Of a stretch of 64,000 nucleotides of DNA, positions 62,306 through 64,000 are shown piece after piece (position 1 is the stretch's first letter; each line of letters starts with the position of its first letter). This stretch comes from Raillietiella orientalis. Lineage: Eukaryota. The notes below the pieces were generated by a model. It saw nothing but the letters and a program-made list of their open reading frames with translations. It was not told the origin of the DNA and made no database searches. Position numbers and translations under genes: made by a program. The stretch spans positions 1,674,001 to 1,738,000 of the forward strand of contig JAYWIR010000002.1 in assembly GCA_036172245.1 (NCBI GenBank), read 5' to 3'.

Positions 62306-64000
62306 ACAGCACCGTGGGTGGAGCTCCATCTGGTGGCTGCACGCGCAAGATTTTCATGCGGCAAGTAAGGCTTTCGTAATGCCATTTCCCTCGGATCTTT
62401 CGCGGCGTGGTGGTGGTTGCGATCCAAGGTTAGTACCTTGAATTGCAGCCGCCTGGTGCAAATCTCCGGAAATCCTCGCTGGTCGATCCGGTCCTCTGAC
62501 GGAAAAAGGAAGAAGAAAAAAAAATGGCAGCTGGGGCGCGTTCGCAGCAGAGGTCAGCTGTCTCCTCGAGAGCCTCGGCGAAGCGACACGACGTTTCGTT
62601 TCGCCTCCCCAAGTGCGGGGAGTCGACTGGGCTGGTCGTTACCTCGCCTTCAGCGTACAGCCCTGTCTCCGTCACGTGATCGGGAAAAGCAAAGTCCGGT
62701 GATTAAAGACAGGCGTCTTTGGTCACCAACGTTTCTCTTCTTTCGAGGAACTGCTCACGGCGCCTCCCCGTCCCTCGAATTCCTCGTAGTTGCCGGAAAT
62801 CGTTGCGTGAGGAGGGCCAGGAGGAGGAGATGAAATGAGAAGGGAACGGGGAGGCTATGAGGGAGGTCCCTCTGGACGGGACGAAGGCTCCTTCTTCCTC
62901 TAGATTGCCCTCTCCCTCAATAACTCGAACGTTGGGTTGAGGAGGAGAGAGGAATAAGGAGAGGAGGAAAGTCTGGAAACCTAGAAGAGCCTCCGCGCCA
63001 GATCTCCCCCCCCCCTCCTCCCCGTTGGTTCCTGAAGGCTGCGAGGTTCTCTCTGTTCCAACCCTTCCTCAACCGCTCTCCTATACCACTTCATCGGACC
63101 AGTCTGACCGCTTGCCGGGGGTCACGGCACTTTCAGAAGATGGTGCCCAAGGGGAAGCGATCACTGGGATCCACCCCGTTCCCAACTTCGTTCTCGAGCC
63201 CGGAAGTCCAGTCCGGATCTCTCTAGCACGTGCTCTGGGAAGAGGAGGAGGGGGGGATCAGGAAGACCTGGAAAAGGACGGTCAAAGGTCTGCGGGGGAC
63301 ATGAGGGTGCGGGAGACCGCGCACTCCCTTGGGGGGAATCCGGGGAGGATCAGAGGAGGAGCAAAGTAGACGTACCGAAGCTCGAGTGGGGGGGGAGCAA
63401 ACCCCCTCGCCCCTTAATTCCTCTTCCTGCCTTTCTCGAAGGAAGTCTCGTCGCTATGGAAGCAGGTATGAAGTGGCACGTAATTGCTCCATGGGAAGAA
63501 ACGGTACGAAGGAAAGGAAAAACGCAGGTGGAAGGAGTGGGGTGGGAGGGGGGAATGTCGCCTCCTTCACAACTCCTCTCCTTCGTTCCTTCGCCTTCCC
63601 GTTTCCGCGGCAACGCTCGGCAGGCGGCGTTCGGGCCCTGCGAAGGAGAATCCCTGGGTCCCTCGATCGAACGAGCAGCAGCTCCCTCAGTGAGCGAGAC
63701 CGTGCGAGATGCCTCCAGCTGTAGGGGGAAGGATGTGGATCGAGGGAAAGGAGGGGAAAGGCCAGATCCTCCCTCGCCGGACCACCTCGGTGGTTCCGCC
63801 CGCCAGGGGTTTAGTTGTCTGGCCGGACTGTCGCTGGCGTCCATCCGCAGAGAACGCGGATCCCGCATGGCAAAAGATGACCCCCCGTCCATCTCCCTCG
63901 GCTCTCCCCGGACCATGACTCCTTCCCTCACCCAGTTTTCGCCGGACCCTGACACCAGTGGACACGCATGTTGCCGTCAGCGTTGTTCTTTTCCGCTCTT

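Noticed and set aside
1-64000. CRISPR arrays, rRNA, telomeric arrays, spliced-leader RNA gene, prokaryotic operons
   Set aside because: None seen; the sequence is intron-containing eukaryotic DNA with no regularly spaced repeat-spacer structure or recognisable rRNA or spliced-leader sequence.

Overview
Eukaryotic, most likely invertebrate metazoan, genomic DNA with very short GT-AG introns (41-100 nt); the taxon cannot be fixed from sequence alone. Six protein-coding genes were reconstructed by hand. They are a CCDC186/CCCP-1-like golgin (minus strand, runs off the left edge), a 21-exon sulfonylurea-receptor-type ABCC transporter (plus), PAGR1/PA1 (minus), a mucin-stalk single-Ig type I membrane protein (plus), GINS4/Sld5 (minus) and a divergent KNL1/Spc105-like kinetochore protein (minus). 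Between them lie many decayed non-LTR retrotransposons (L1/Tx1-like ORF1, APE, RT and zinc-knuckle remnants on both strands), a Tc1-like transposase relic and a tRNA-derived tandem repeat. Composition is sharply mosaic: AT-rich, CpG-depleted housekeeping genes alternate with GC- and CpG-rich blocks. The most notable observations are a ~300-bp strand-specific patch of apparent non-CpG C-to-T hypermutation, a LINE family whose copies end in a shared CCCGG-N5-CCGGG hairpin (two copies in tandem beside a tRNA-like array), KNL1 repeats lacking the canonical MELT motif, and a possible exon chain hidden in the long Sur intron. All family calls come from motif recognition by eye; no database searches were run.
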